This document shows, piece by piece, positions 51,904 through 61,300 of a DNA stretch of 64,000 nt. The position numbers and the translations under genes were made by a program. The notes under the pieces were generated by a model that worked only from the letters and a program-made list of their open reading frames with translations, was not told where the DNA came from and ran no database searches. Origin of the DNA: Flavobacterium sp. (GTDB lineage Bacteria; Bacteroidota; Bacteroidia; Flavobacteriales; Flavobacteriaceae); assembly GCA_044378345.1 (NCBI GenBank), contig JBILXS010000010.1, positions 29,670 to 93,669 on the forward strand. The letters are read 5' to 3'. How positions within the stretch are numbered: the first letter of the stretch is position 1; each line of letters starts with the position of its first letter.

Positions 51904-52075
51904 AATACAAGCGGATTAATTTCTGCTTTTTTTGACTTCAAATTTCACTTTCTATAACATGAGAACGCACTTTTTGAAATAGTAGTAGTGTCATTCAAAA
52001 CATTTCAAATCACATTTCTTTGTCTTCAGAATAAGAAACGTTATTCTTATCCAAAAATGAAATAAAAAATTATAT

Positions 52076-52792
52076 ATGAAAAATACCGTCTTACACAAAG
52101 CCAACACGCGCGGACATGCGGATCATGGTTGGCTCAACGCACACCATACTTTTAGTTTTGCTAGTTATTACGATCCGAATCGCGTTCAGTTTGGCGTTTT
52201 GAGAGTCTTAAACGATGATATTGTTGCAGCAGGAATGGGCTTCGGCACGCATCCCCACGATAACATGGAAATCATCACAATTCCTCTCGAAGGTGACCTA
52301 GCACATAAAGACAGCATGGGAAATACGGAAACCATCAAATTTGGTGATGTGCAGGTCATGAGTGCTGGGACTGGAATTCAACATTCGGAATTCAATCCGA
52401 ATCACGACAAACGAACCAATTTATTACAGATTTGGATATTTCCGAAAGAAAGAAATGTAGTTCCGCGTTACCAACAAATTACGCTTGAAACTTCAGATCG
52501 CCATAATCAATTTCAACAAATTCTTTCGCCCAATTCCGATGATGATGGCGTTTGGATTCATCAAGATGCGTGGTTTCACATGGGCAATTTAGATGCTGGA
52601 ACAACAGTAAAATATGAGCGAAAATTGGATGGCAATGGCTTATATATTTTTGTAATCAAAGGCAATGTAAAAGTTGACGGGCAACTACTTGAACAACGCG
52701 ATGGCCTTGGAATTACTGACTTCAACGAAGTGACTTTTGAAGCATCTTCAGATGCAGAGCTATTGTTGATGGAGGTTCCCATGAATGTTTAA
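52076..52792 (+). CDS. Pirin family protein
   Basis: HPHDNMEI, QVMSAGTGIQHSE, LLQIWI. Confidence 0.93.
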   Translation: MKNTVLHKANTRGHADHGWLNAHHTFSFASYYDPNRVQFGVLRVLNDDIVAAGMGFGTHPHDNMEIITIPLEGDLAHKDSMGNTETIKFGDVQVMSAGTGIQHSEFNPNHDKRTNLLQIWIFPKERNVVPRYQQITLETSDRHNQFQQILSPNSDDDGVWIHQDAWFHMGNLDAGTTVKYERKLDGNGLYIFVIKGNVKVDGQLLEQRDGLGITDFNEVTFEASSDAELLLMEVPMNV

Positions 52793-52845
52793 ATCAATAT
52801 CTAACAATTGAATTGTCGAAAATGAACTCCTATTAAATTCCCAAA

Positions 52846-53373
52846 ATGAAAAAAATTATTGCCTTTGCAGGTTCTTCAAGCAAACAATCTATCAACAAAC
52901 AGTTGGTAACCTTTACCTCGACTTTATTTGAAAATTCTGAAAGTGAAATTATCGACTTAAATGAGTACGAAATGCCAATCTATTCTGCTGACCGTGAACA
53001 AGAAAACGGAATTCCACAATTGGCCATCGACTTTTATAATAAATTGGGTTCAGCGGATTTGATTATCATTTCCCTAGCGGAACACAACGGCGCCTATTCC
53101 TCGGCTTTTAAGAACATTTTCGATTGGACTTCGCGTTACAACAGCAAACTATTTCAACAAAAACCAATGCTATTGATGGCAACTTCTCCCGGTCCAAGAG
53201 GTGGATTAGGTGTTTTAGAATTGGCAATAGACCGTTTTCCACGTCATGATGCAAATATAGTTGCAACTTTTTCATTGCCGAGTTTTCTGGATAATTTTGA
53301 TGCCTCGCTTGGTATTACAAATGAAATATTGAAAATCGAATTGCAATCAATTGTAAAAGATATTGTATTGTAA
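52846..53373 (+). CDS. NADPH-dependent FMN reductase
   Basis: AFAGSSS..SIN, EHNG.YS.AFKN, TSPG.RGG. Confidence 0.9.
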   Translation: MKKIIAFAGSSSKQSINKQLVTFTSTLFENSESEIIDLNEYEMPIYSADREQENGIPQLAIDFYNKLGSADLIIISLAEHNGAYSSAFKNIFDWTSRYNSKLFQQKPMLLMATSPGPRGGLGVLELAIDRFPRHDANIVATFSLPSFLDNFDASLGITNEILKIELQSIVKDIVL

Positions 53374-53459
53374 TTAAAACACTATTTTTGCTTTTTAAAC
53401 TTTGAAATAAAACGCAACTATTCAGCATTGATCGGATGTTGAAATAAAATTAGTATTAG

Positions 53460-54332
53460 ATGAAAGCATACGTTTTTCCTGGGCAAGGAGCTCAATTTAC
53501 CGGAATGGGCAAAGATTTATACGAAACTTCAACTTTGGCCAAAGATCTATTTGAAAAAGCCAATGATATTCTTGGATTTCGCATTACTGATATTATGTTT
53601 GAGGGAACCACAGAGCAATTGAAAGAAACTAATGTTACCCAACCTGCTGTTTTTTTACATTCCGTGATATTAGCCAAAACATTAGAAAATTTCAAACCTG
53701 AGATGGTCGCAGGACATTCTTTGGGTGAGTTTTCTGCCTTGGTTGCCAACGGTGCTTTGTCTTTTGAAGATGGATTGAAATTGGTTTCCCAACGGGCGCA
53801 GGCCATGCAAAAAGCTTGTGAAATTAAACCCTCTACCATGGCTGCCGTTTTAGGATTAGAAGACAATATCGTGGAAGAAGTTTGTGAAACTATTGACGGA
53901 ATAGTGGTGGCAGCAAACTACAATTGCCCGGGACAATTGGTTATTTCGGGTGAATTTTCTGCAGTTGGAAAAGCTTGTGAAGCTATGAAAGAAGCTGGAG
54001 CCAAACGCGCTCTGATATTACCCGTTGGAGGTGCTTTTCATTCACCAATGATGGAGCCCGCAAGAGAGGAATTGGCAGCAGCTATAGAAGCGACAACCTT
54101 TTCAACTCCGATTTGCCCAGTGTATCAAAATGTGACTGCAAGTGCGGTTTCTGATCCTAATGAAATTAAAAGAAACCTGATTACGCAATTGACTGCTCCG
54201 GTGCGATGGACGCAATCTGTTCAACAAATGATTACCGATGGTGCTACTTCGTTTACAGAAGTTGGACCAGGAAAAGTGTTGGTTGGATTGGTGAATAAGA
54301 TTAATAGAGAAGTGGAAACAATCAGCGCGTAG
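53460..54332 (+). CDS. fabD: Malonyl-CoA:ACP transacylase
   Basis: FPGQGAQ, GHSLGE, GAFHS. Confidence 0.97.
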   Translation: MKAYVFPGQGAQFTGMGKDLYETSTLAKDLFEKANDILGFRITDIMFEGTTEQLKETNVTQPAVFLHSVILAKTLENFKPEMVAGHSLGEFSALVANGALSFEDGLKLVSQRAQAMQKACEIKPSTMAAVLGLEDNIVEEVCETIDGIVVAANYNCPGQLVISGEFSAVGKACEAMKEAGAKRALILPVGGAFHSPMMEPAREELAAAIEATTFSTPICPVYQNVTASAVSDPNEIKRNLITQLTAPVRWTQSVQQMITDGATSFTEVGPGKVLVGLVNKINREVETISA

Positions 54333-54340
54333 TTGATTAA

Positions 54341-54396
54341 AAGATTGTAAGACTGTAAGACTGCAAGACTGCAAGATTGTAAGATTGTAAGATAAC
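54341..54396. repeat. Seven-unit AAGATTGT/AAGACTGC octamer array after fabD stop
   Basis: aagattgt aagactgt aagactgc aagactgc aagattgt aagattgt aagataac. Confidence 0.9.
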
Positions 54397-54535
54397 AATA
54401 CAAGAAAAAAAGAAGCCGGCTCAGAACTAAAAAATCACAAAATTCGTTGCGAATTCTATATTAATATTTGATTTGTATTCCAATTATAAAGACTAAATCG
54501 GGATTTTCTGAGAATATTCTGTTAATGAAAAAAAC

Positions 54536-54573
54536 AAAAGGGGGAATCTCATAGTTTTGAGACTCCCTCTTTT
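54536..54573. terminator. Bidirectional terminator between fabD and galE
   Basis: aaaagggggaatctca...tgagactccctctttt. Confidence 0.7.
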
Positions 54574-54574
54574 C

Positions 54575-54606
54575 CATCTCATAATCTTTCCGTCTTGTGG
54601 TCTTAT
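54575..54606. repeat. Degenerate complementary octamer array after galE stop
   Basis: catctcat aatctttc cgtcttgt ggtcttat. Confidence 0.55.
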
Positions 54607-55616
54607 GATCTAATTTTCTTTTCCCATTTCCAAGCGCTGGCTAAAGCTTCTTCTAAAGTTGATTGCGCTTTCCATCCCAAAACTTTGTTCGCTTTGTCTG
54701 TATTGGCGTAAGCAGATATGATATCACCTGCTCTCCTACCGACAATTTTGTAAGGTAATTTTTGTCCGCTCACTTTCTCGAAAGTATTGATGACTTCGAG
54801 AACAGAGCTACCCGTTCCAGTTCCCAAATTGAAAACTTCAACCTTCTCAAGGTTCTTTTTGTTGATCAACCTTTGAAGTGCGACTACATGCGCTTTTGCC
54901 AAATCGACTACATGAATGTAATCGCGGATACAAGTTCCATCAGGCGTTGGATAATCATCGCCATAAACGGACAATTCGTTTCGCAAACCAATTCCCGTTT
55001 GGGTAATAAACGGAATTAGGTTTTGAGGAACTCCAATAGGTAATTCTCCAATTTCAGCGGTTGGATGTGCGCCCATTGGATTGAAATAACGCAATAAAAT
55101 GGAATTGATATTACTTACTTTACAAACTTCATTGATGATTTCTTCTCCAACTTGCTTGGTATTTCCATATGGTGATAGTGCAGGTTGAATTGGCGCATTT
55201 TCCGTAATTGGCATTTTTTCTGCTTCACCATAAACGGTACAAGAAGAACTAAAGATGAAATTCGCTGCTGTCTTTTGCTGCAACTCCTGAAGAATATAAA
55301 CTAGTGTATTGATATTGTTTTCGTAATACAACAATGGATTTTCTACACTTTCGTTTACTGCTTTTGAAGCTGCAAAATGGATAACTCCACTAATATCTTG
55401 GTGTCTTTTAAAGAAATCTACAACGGCAGGTTTATCCCTTAAATCCATTTTTTCAAACGTTGGCTTTTTGCCAGTGATTGCAAAGATACCTTGCAATACA
55501 TTTTCAGAAGAATTCGAAAGATTGTCGATGATTACGACTTCAAAACCTTCGTTCTGCAATTCGACTACCGTATGGGAACCGATAAAACCTAAACCGCCTG
55601 TAACTAATACTTTCAT
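54603..55616 (-). CDS. galE: UDP-glucose 4-epimerase
   Basis: TGGLGFIGSH, FSSSCTVYG, YGNTK, LRYFNP, GTCIRDYIHV. Confidence 0.96.
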   Translation of the reverse strand: MKVLVTGGLGFIGSHTVVELQNEGFEVVIIDNLSNSSENVLQGIFAITGKKPTFEKMDLRDKPAVVDFFKRHQDISGVIHFAASKAVNESVENPLLYYENNINTLVYILQELQQKTAANFIFSSSCTVYGEAEKMPITENAPIQPALSPYGNTKQVGEEIINEVCKVSNINSILLRYFNPMGAHPTAEIGELPIGVPQNLIPFITQTGIGLRNELSVYGDDYPTPDGTCIRDYIHVVDLAKAHVVALQRLINKKNLEKVEVFNLGTGTGSSVLEVINTFEKVSGQKLPYKIVGRRAGDIISAYANTDKANKVLGWKAQSTLEEALASAWKWEKKIRS

Positions 55617-55646
55617 TTTTATTGAATACTTGTTGGTGAATTTAGT

Positions 55647-55719
55647 GCCCTAGCCCTGATAGAGCCGATATCCTCGGAATGCAATGGAGAGATAAAGGCG
55701 AAAGCAGGAAATAGCTCCT
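55647..55719 (+). repeat. Palindromic intergenic element, family A (short loop)
   Basis: gccctagccctgatagagccgatatcc-[tc..ga]-gataaaggcgaaagcaggaaatagctcc. Confidence 0.78.
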
Positions 55720-55723
55720 TGAC

Positions 55724-56854
55724 TTATTTAAAAAATTCTAAAACTGCGTTGGTGATATATTGAATTTGATCGTCATCCAATTCGGTGTGCATCGGAAGTG
55801 AAATTACTTCATTGATCAATTGATTGGTAACTGGAAAATCTTCTTCTTTATATCGTGGGTCCGTATACGCTTTTTGGCTGTGCAATGGAATTGGATAATA
55901 AATTGCACATGGAATATCTTTGTCGGTAAGATGTTGCATCAGGCCATTGCGATCTCCGTTGATAATTCTAAGCGTGTATTGATGAAAAACATGGCAATCG
56001 CAAATGTCGCAAATTGACGGTGCGATTATATTTTTGTGGCCTTCGAAAGCCGCAGTATATTTTCTTGCTGCATTTTGACGGGCTTGACAGTACTGATCTA
56101 AGAAAGGCAATTTTGCATTCAGAACCGCAGCTTGAATACTGTCTAATCTGGAGTTGACACCTACCACATCATGATGATACCTAACGTACATTCCGTGGTT
56201 TGCGATTCCTCTGATTTTGTGCGCCAAAGCATCGTCGTTGGTAAAAATCGCGCCGCCATCGCCGTAGCAGCCAAGATTCTTGGAAGGAAAAAACGAGGTA
56301 GAAGCCACGTGTCCGATGGTTCCTGCTTTCCTTTTGCTTCCGTCAGAAAACCGGCAATTGGCACCAATCGCTTGGGCGTTGTCTTCGATAACATATAGAT
56401 TGTATTCTTCTGCGATGCGCATAATGGCTTCCATGTTGGCCGCACGACCGAACAAGTGCACGGGAACAATGGCTTTTGTTTTTGGGGTAATCGCTTTTTT
56501 GATGGCTTCGATAGAAATATTCATATTGACCAGATCTACGTCGACCAATACAGGCGTCAATTGCAATAAGGCAATTACTTCTACGGTTGCTGCGAACGTA
56601 AAATCGGCTGTAATGACTTCATCTCCTGGTTTCAAATCTAATCCCATCATCGCAATTTGCAAAGCATCTGTTCCGTTGGCGCAAGGAATGACGTGTTTTA
56701 CGTCGAGATATGCTTCAAGATTTTTTTGAAAAGATTGTACTTGAGGTCCGTTGATGTATGTATTGGTATCTAAAACTTCTTGAATAGAAGCATTTACCGT
56801 TGAAGCAATTTTTTCATATTGACCTTTAAGGTCAACCATTTGGATTTTTTTCAT
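55724..56854 (-). CDS. DegT/DnrJ/EryC1/StrS family sugar aminotransferase
   Basis: NGTDAL, EDNAQA.G, SFFPSKNLGCYGDGG, NSRLD; start moved to ATG 56854. Confidence 0.93.
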   Translation of the reverse strand: MKKIQMVDLKGQYEKIASTVNASIQEVLDTNTYINGPQVQSFQKNLEAYLDVKHVIPCANGTDALQIAMMGLDLKPGDEVITADFTFAATVEVIALLQLTPVLVDVDLVNMNISIEAIKKAITPKTKAIVPVHLFGRAANMEAIMRIAEEYNLYVIEDNAQAIGANCRFSDGSKRKAGTIGHVASTSFFPSKNLGCYGDGGAIFTNDDALAHKIRGIANHGMYVRYHHDVVGVNSRLDSIQAAVLNAKLPFLDQYCQARQNAARKYTAAFEGHKNIIAPSICDICDCHVFHQYTLRIINGDRNGLMQHLTDKDIPCAIYYPIPLHSQKAYTDPRYKEEDFPVTNQLINEVISLPMHTELDDDQIQYITNAVLEFFK

Positions 56855-56953
56855 GTCGCCGTTTATTAAATGCACGCAAAATTAGTAATTAAATGATGGA
56901 CATCAATAAAAATTCTGTAAACTAATGTATTTTAGCGACACAATTTATGCGCT

Positions 56954-58195
56954 ATGTTTTTTCTGTATAATTTACTTGTGACTTTTGCTGGTTTTTGTAT
57001 TAAGATCTTAGCAGCATTCAATCCGAAAATGAGGTTGTTTGTTGATGGAAGGTCGACCGTATTTGAAACTCTAGCTTCAAAAATAAGTTCGGAAGATAAG
57101 TCGATTTGGTTTCACGCTGCGTCTTTGGGTGAATATGAGCAAGGCCTACCGGTAATGGAAAAAGTGAAAACGAACTTTCCAGATCATAAGGTTGTTTTGA
57201 CTTTCTTTTCCCCGTCTGGTTATGAAGTGCGAAAGAACAATTCGGTTGCAGATGTGACGGTCTATTTGCCGATTGACACCAAATTCAATGCAGAAAAATT
57301 TATTGATTTGGTGCATCCTGAAATGGTGTTTTTTATTAAATATGAATTTTGGCCGAACTATTTAAGGTCGTTACAAAACTCTACAATCAGGACCTATTTG
57401 ATTTCAGGAATTTTTAGAAAAGACCAATTGTTTTTTAAATGGTATGGCGGATTTTATAGAGAGGCGCTTGATAGTTTTGCACATTTTTTTGTGCAGAATA
57501 CGACTTCAAAAGACTTGCTGCTACAATTGGGAAAATCAAACGTTACTGTTTCAGGCGACACAAGGTTTGATCGTGTTTCCGCCATTTTGGAAAAGGACAA
57601 TCACTTAGATTTTATCACTGAATTTAAAGACAACAAATTGACAATTGTTGTTGGGAGTTCGTGGCCCAAAGATGAAAAAATCTTGGTGGATTATATTAAT
57701 TCAATGACCCATCAAGTGAAATTTATTATTGCGCCACATAATATAAAGAAAGAGCAGATTCAAGAATTACGGAAGTCGATTGTAAAAAAAACAGTTTTGT
57801 TTTCTGAAAGAGAAGAAAAAAACTTGAGCGACTACGATGTGTTTATTATTGATACGATTGGGATTTTAACCAAAATTTACAGTGAAGCAGATATTGCTTA
57901 TGTAGGTGGTGGATTTGGAAATCCTGGCGTTCACAACTTGTTAGAACCAGCTACTTACGGCGTTCCGATTGTTCTTGGTCCAAATTATTCCCATTTTTCA
58001 GAAGCGACAGCATTGGTCAATTTGGGTGGCTGCGAAGTGATTTCTAATGAAGAACAACTGAAAAAAACGTTGGATAATTTAATTCAAAATACAGATATCA
58101 GAGCAGAAAAAGGGCATATTTGCAGCACTTTTGTGAAGATGAATACCGGTGCGTTAGCAACAATTATAAAGTTTATTTCGAATCGGCCGTTATAA
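56954..58195 (+). CDS. waaA: 3-deoxy-D-manno-octulosonic acid transferase
   Basis: WFHAASLGE, TFFSPSGYE, GDTRFD, GGGF...HN.LEP. Confidence 0.94.
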   Translation: MFFLYNLLVTFAGFCIKILAAFNPKMRLFVDGRSTVFETLASKISSEDKSIWFHAASLGEYEQGLPVMEKVKTNFPDHKVVLTFFSPSGYEVRKNNSVADVTVYLPIDTKFNAEKFIDLVHPEMVFFIKYEFWPNYLRSLQNSTIRTYLISGIFRKDQLFFKWYGGFYREALDSFAHFFVQNTTSKDLLLQLGKSNVTVSGDTRFDRVSAILEKDNHLDFITEFKDNKLTIVVGSSWPKDEKILVDYINSMTHQVKFIIAPHNIKKEQIQELRKSIVKKTVLFSEREEKNLSDYDVFIIDTIGILTKIYSEADIAYVGGGFGNPGVHNLLEPATYGVPIVLGPNYSHFSEATALVNLGGCEVISNEEQLKKTLDNLIQNTDIRAEKGHICSTFVKMNTGALATIIKFISNRPL

Positions 58196-58231
58196 AAAAG
58201 TTACAATCATAATTAATTAAAATAAATCACG

Positions 58232-60382
58232 ATGAGAATTTTAAAAGTACTCTTATTATTAGTCGCAGTTCAACTATATGGGCAGCAAGGCGGGATGTGG
58301 ATTCCTTCTCTATTGAAAGGAATGAATGAAAAAGAGATGAAGAATTTAGGGATGAAAATGTCGATTTCTGATATTTATGATATCAATAAGTCGAGTTTGA
58401 AAGACGCTGTACCTCAGTTTAACGGCGGTTGTACTTCAGAGGTGATCTCGCCCAAAGGGCTATTGTTGACCAATCACCATTGTGGTTTTGATGAAATTCA
58501 GAGCCATTCCTCGGTGGAACACGATTACATTACCGACGGTTTTTGGGCATATAAAATGCAAGACGAGTTACCTAATCCAGATTTGGAAGTTACTTTTATT
58601 GTTAGAATCGAAGACATAACTGCTAAAGTTTTAGAAGGCGTTTCATTGCTTGGAACAGAATCAGAAAAACAAAAGAAAATTCAAGAGAATATCAGTGCAT
58701 TAAGCAAATCGTTGCCAAAGGAAAATTGGCAGGAAAACAAAATTAGAACCTTTTACGAAGGCAATCAGTACATGCTTTTCGTGACTGAAAGTTATCCAGA
58801 TGTTAGATTGGTTGGTGCGCCGCCTTCGTCTATTGGTAAGTTTGGATCTGATACCGATAACTGGGTATGGCCGAGACACACGGGTGATTTTTCATTGTTC
58901 AGAATTTATGCTGACAAAAACAATCGTCCTGCCGCGTATTCGAAAGACAATGTCCCCTATACTCCCAAACATTTCTTACCCATCTCACTAGATGGAGTTG
59001 CTGAAGATGACTTTACACTAGTTTTTGGGTATCCCGGAAAGACCAACGAATATCTTCCGGCGGTTGCTATTGAACAAATTGTAAATGAACTAAATCCAGC
59101 AAAAATTGAAATTAGAGATAAAGCTTTGAAAGTGCAAGATGGCTTTATGAGGAAAGACAATGCAATCAAGATTCAATATGCCTCTAAATATGCAGGGATT
59201 GCAAATTATTGGAAAAAGTGGATTGGAGAAACGCAAGGATTGATAAAGTCTGGAGCTATTGCGATAAAGAAAAAACAAGAAGCTGCATTCATTGAGAAAG
59301 TTGTTAAAGCGGGAAAACAAACTGAATATGGTAATTTGCTGTCGGAATTTGAAAAAAATTATAAAGAAATTGCGCCTTATGCTATAAGTCGCGATTATTT
59401 CATTGAAGTTGTTTTACGCAATACCGAATTGTTGAATCTTGCATTCAAGTTATACCAACTTGAACAGCTCAATACAACTAAAGGAGAACAAGCATTTACA
59501 GATAGAAAAAACAATTTGGTAAACGGTCTGGGTGCATTTTATAAAGATTTCAATGGCGCCGTAGATGAAAAGGTTTTTGAACAGTTGATTCAGCTCTACG
59601 CGACAAAGTCTCCTAAATCCTTTTTACCAAATGTAATTGTAAATTCAAGTGTTGATGAATTAACAAACGCTTTGTACAAAGATTCGAAACTAATTTCTTA
59701 TGACGGTATAAAGGAACTACTATCTGGCGACACAAAAACAATATTAACTAATCTTAATAATGATAAAGGCTATTTGATCGTGAAAGAAATGGCAGAAAAA
59801 TACTTGAAAGAAGTTGCACCTAAATACGATGAGATTAATTTAAAAAATGTCGCCTTACAACGAATGTACATGAAAGCCCAATTGGAACTAAACAGTGGTG
59901 AACGTATCTTTCCAGATGCCAACAGTACACTTCGAGTAACTTACGGAAAAGTTAAAGGTTATGAGCCCAAAGACGCAACGATATACAAGCCCTTTACATA
60001 CTTAGATGGCGTTTTAGAAAAATACATCCCTGGCGATTACGAATTTGACGTGCCAAAAAAACTGATTGATTTACATACTTCAAAAGATTATGGTCCATAT
60101 GGAGATAGTGGTAAAATGCCCGTTTGCTTTATAGGTACAAATCATACTACTGGAGGGAATTCTGGCAGTCCCGCAATCGACAGTAGAGGTAACTTAATTG
60201 GATTAAATTTTGATAGAGTTTGGGAAGGAACAATGAGTGACATTTATTATGATCCTTCCATTTGTAGAAACGTAATGGTTGATATTAGATACGTATTATT
60301 CATAATTGACAAGTTTGCAAATGCCAAAAACATCATTGACGAATTGAGAATTACGCACCCAAAACAAAAAAGCAAAAAATAA
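58232..60382 (+). CDS. S46 family dipeptidyl-peptidase (DPP11-like)
   Basis: GMWIP, TNHHC, TGGNSGSP catalytic Ser, FDRVWE. Confidence 0.93.
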   Translation: MRILKVLLLLVAVQLYGQQGGMWIPSLLKGMNEKEMKNLGMKMSISDIYDINKSSLKDAVPQFNGGCTSEVISPKGLLLTNHHCGFDEIQSHSSVEHDYITDGFWAYKMQDELPNPDLEVTFIVRIEDITAKVLEGVSLLGTESEKQKKIQENISALSKSLPKENWQENKIRTFYEGNQYMLFVTESYPDVRLVGAPPSSIGKFGSDTDNWVWPRHTGDFSLFRIYADKNNRPAAYSKDNVPYTPKHFLPISLDGVAEDDFTLVFGYPGKTNEYLPAVAIEQIVNELNPAKIEIRDKALKVQDGFMRKDNAIKIQYASKYAGIANYWKKWIGETQGLIKSGAIAIKKKQEAAFIEKVVKAGKQTEYGNLLSEFEKNYKEIAPYAISRDYFIEVVLRNTELLNLAFKLYQLEQLNTTKGEQAFTDRKNNLVNGLGAFYKDFNGAVDEKVFEQLIQLYATKSPKSFLPNVIVNSSVDELTNALYKDSKLISYDGIKELLSGDTKTILTNLNNDKGYLIVKEMAEKYLKEVAPKYDEINLKNVALQRMYMKAQLELNSGERIFPDANSTLRVTYGKVKGYEPKDATIYKPFTYLDGVLEKYIPGDYEFDVPKKLIDLHTSKDYGPYGDSGKMPVCFIGTNHTTGGNSGSPAIDSRGNLIGLNFDRVWEGTMSDIYYDPSICRNVMVDIRYVLFIIDKFANAKNIIDELRITHPKQKSKK

Positions 60383-60608
60383 AAACCATTTTTTTACAAA
60401 AAAAAGGCAATAAAACCAATGATTAGTTAAATTTTATCATAATTTAATTAATATTCAAAAAATATGATTTTTGGCACAATACTTGGTAAATAGAGCAGAG
60501 TTGCAATAGATTTTAAATTTTAAAAAAAAAATTGAAAAATATTTTTCCATAATAAAAAATTTATATCTTTGCCTCGAATTAATAATTAACCTTTTATAAT
60601 TAAGTAAG

Positions 60609-60830
60609 ATGAAAAAAGTATTTTTAAGTTTAGCTGTAATCGCTGCATTAACTGTAGTATCTTGCAAACAAGCTGAAGCTCCAGCTGAAGAAGCTCCAAT
60701 GACTGAAGAAGTTGCTCCTGCTGTAGAAGAAGCTCCTGCTGCTGTTGACACTGCTGCTGCTGCTGCAACTGAAGCTGCTCCTGCTGCTGAAGCTGCTGCT
60801 GCTCCTGCTGCTGAGCCTGCAAAAAAATAA
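60609..60830 (+). CDS. Small Ala/Glu/Pro-rich lipoprotein
   Basis: Lipoprotein signal with LTVVS-C, low-complexity acidic tail, own terminator at about 60853-60880. Confidence 0.75.
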   Translation: MKKVFLSLAVIAALTVVSCKQAEAPAEEAPMTEEVAPAVEEAPAAVDTAAAAATEAAPAAEAAAAPAAEPAKK

Positions 60831-60985
60831 TTAGAAATAACTTCTAAAGATTTTAAAACCACACTTTTGTGTGGTTTTTTTATGCTTCACAGTTTCGCTC
60901 AGAAGGGTATTAGAAAATTAGTTCCATATTTCCTGAGCCAAGATTATTCCAAAAAAAAACCCCAAACGTTTGTTTGAAGTTTTTG

Positions 60986-61071
60986 TACTCAGAGCGGGAC
61001 TTGAACCCGCACGAACATTGCTGTTCACTGGATTTTAAGTCCAGCGTGTCTACCAATTTCACCATCCGAGC
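60986..61071 (-). tRNA. tRNA-Leu (TAA)
   Basis: ctgga-cttaaaa-tccag anticodon arm, long variable arm, GTTCAAG T-loop. Confidence 0.96.
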
Positions 61072-61083
61072 ATGATGACTTTG

Positions 61084-61156
61084 AGCGAAAAACGGGGCTC
61101 GAACCCGCGACCTCGACCTTGGCAAGGTCGCGCTCTACCAACTGAGCTATTTTCGC
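61084..61156 (-). tRNA. tRNA-Gly (GCC)
   Basis: cgacc-ttgccaa-ggtcg anticodon arm, GCGAAAA acceptor. Confidence 0.97.
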
Positions 61157-61300
61157 ATTTACACTTTATAAAAACAACACTACTTGTTTAGTAATGCGAG
61201 GGCAAATTTAATACTTTAATTCAATTTCGCAAGTCTTTTCAGAAAAAAAAGAAAGCCATTTTATAAGAAGCTCAATCTCTACTCTTTAGCAGATTTTTTA

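Noticed and set aside
54102-54403. Minus-strand ORFs with LQSY/LQSC repeats
   Set aside because: They start in the octamer array and run antisense to fabD
60586-60822. Poly-Gln ORF
   Set aside because: Antisense shadow of the GCT-rich lipoprotein gene
60910-61125. 71-aa ORF
   Set aside because: Overlaps tRNA-Leu and tRNA-Gly; it is a translation of tRNA sequence
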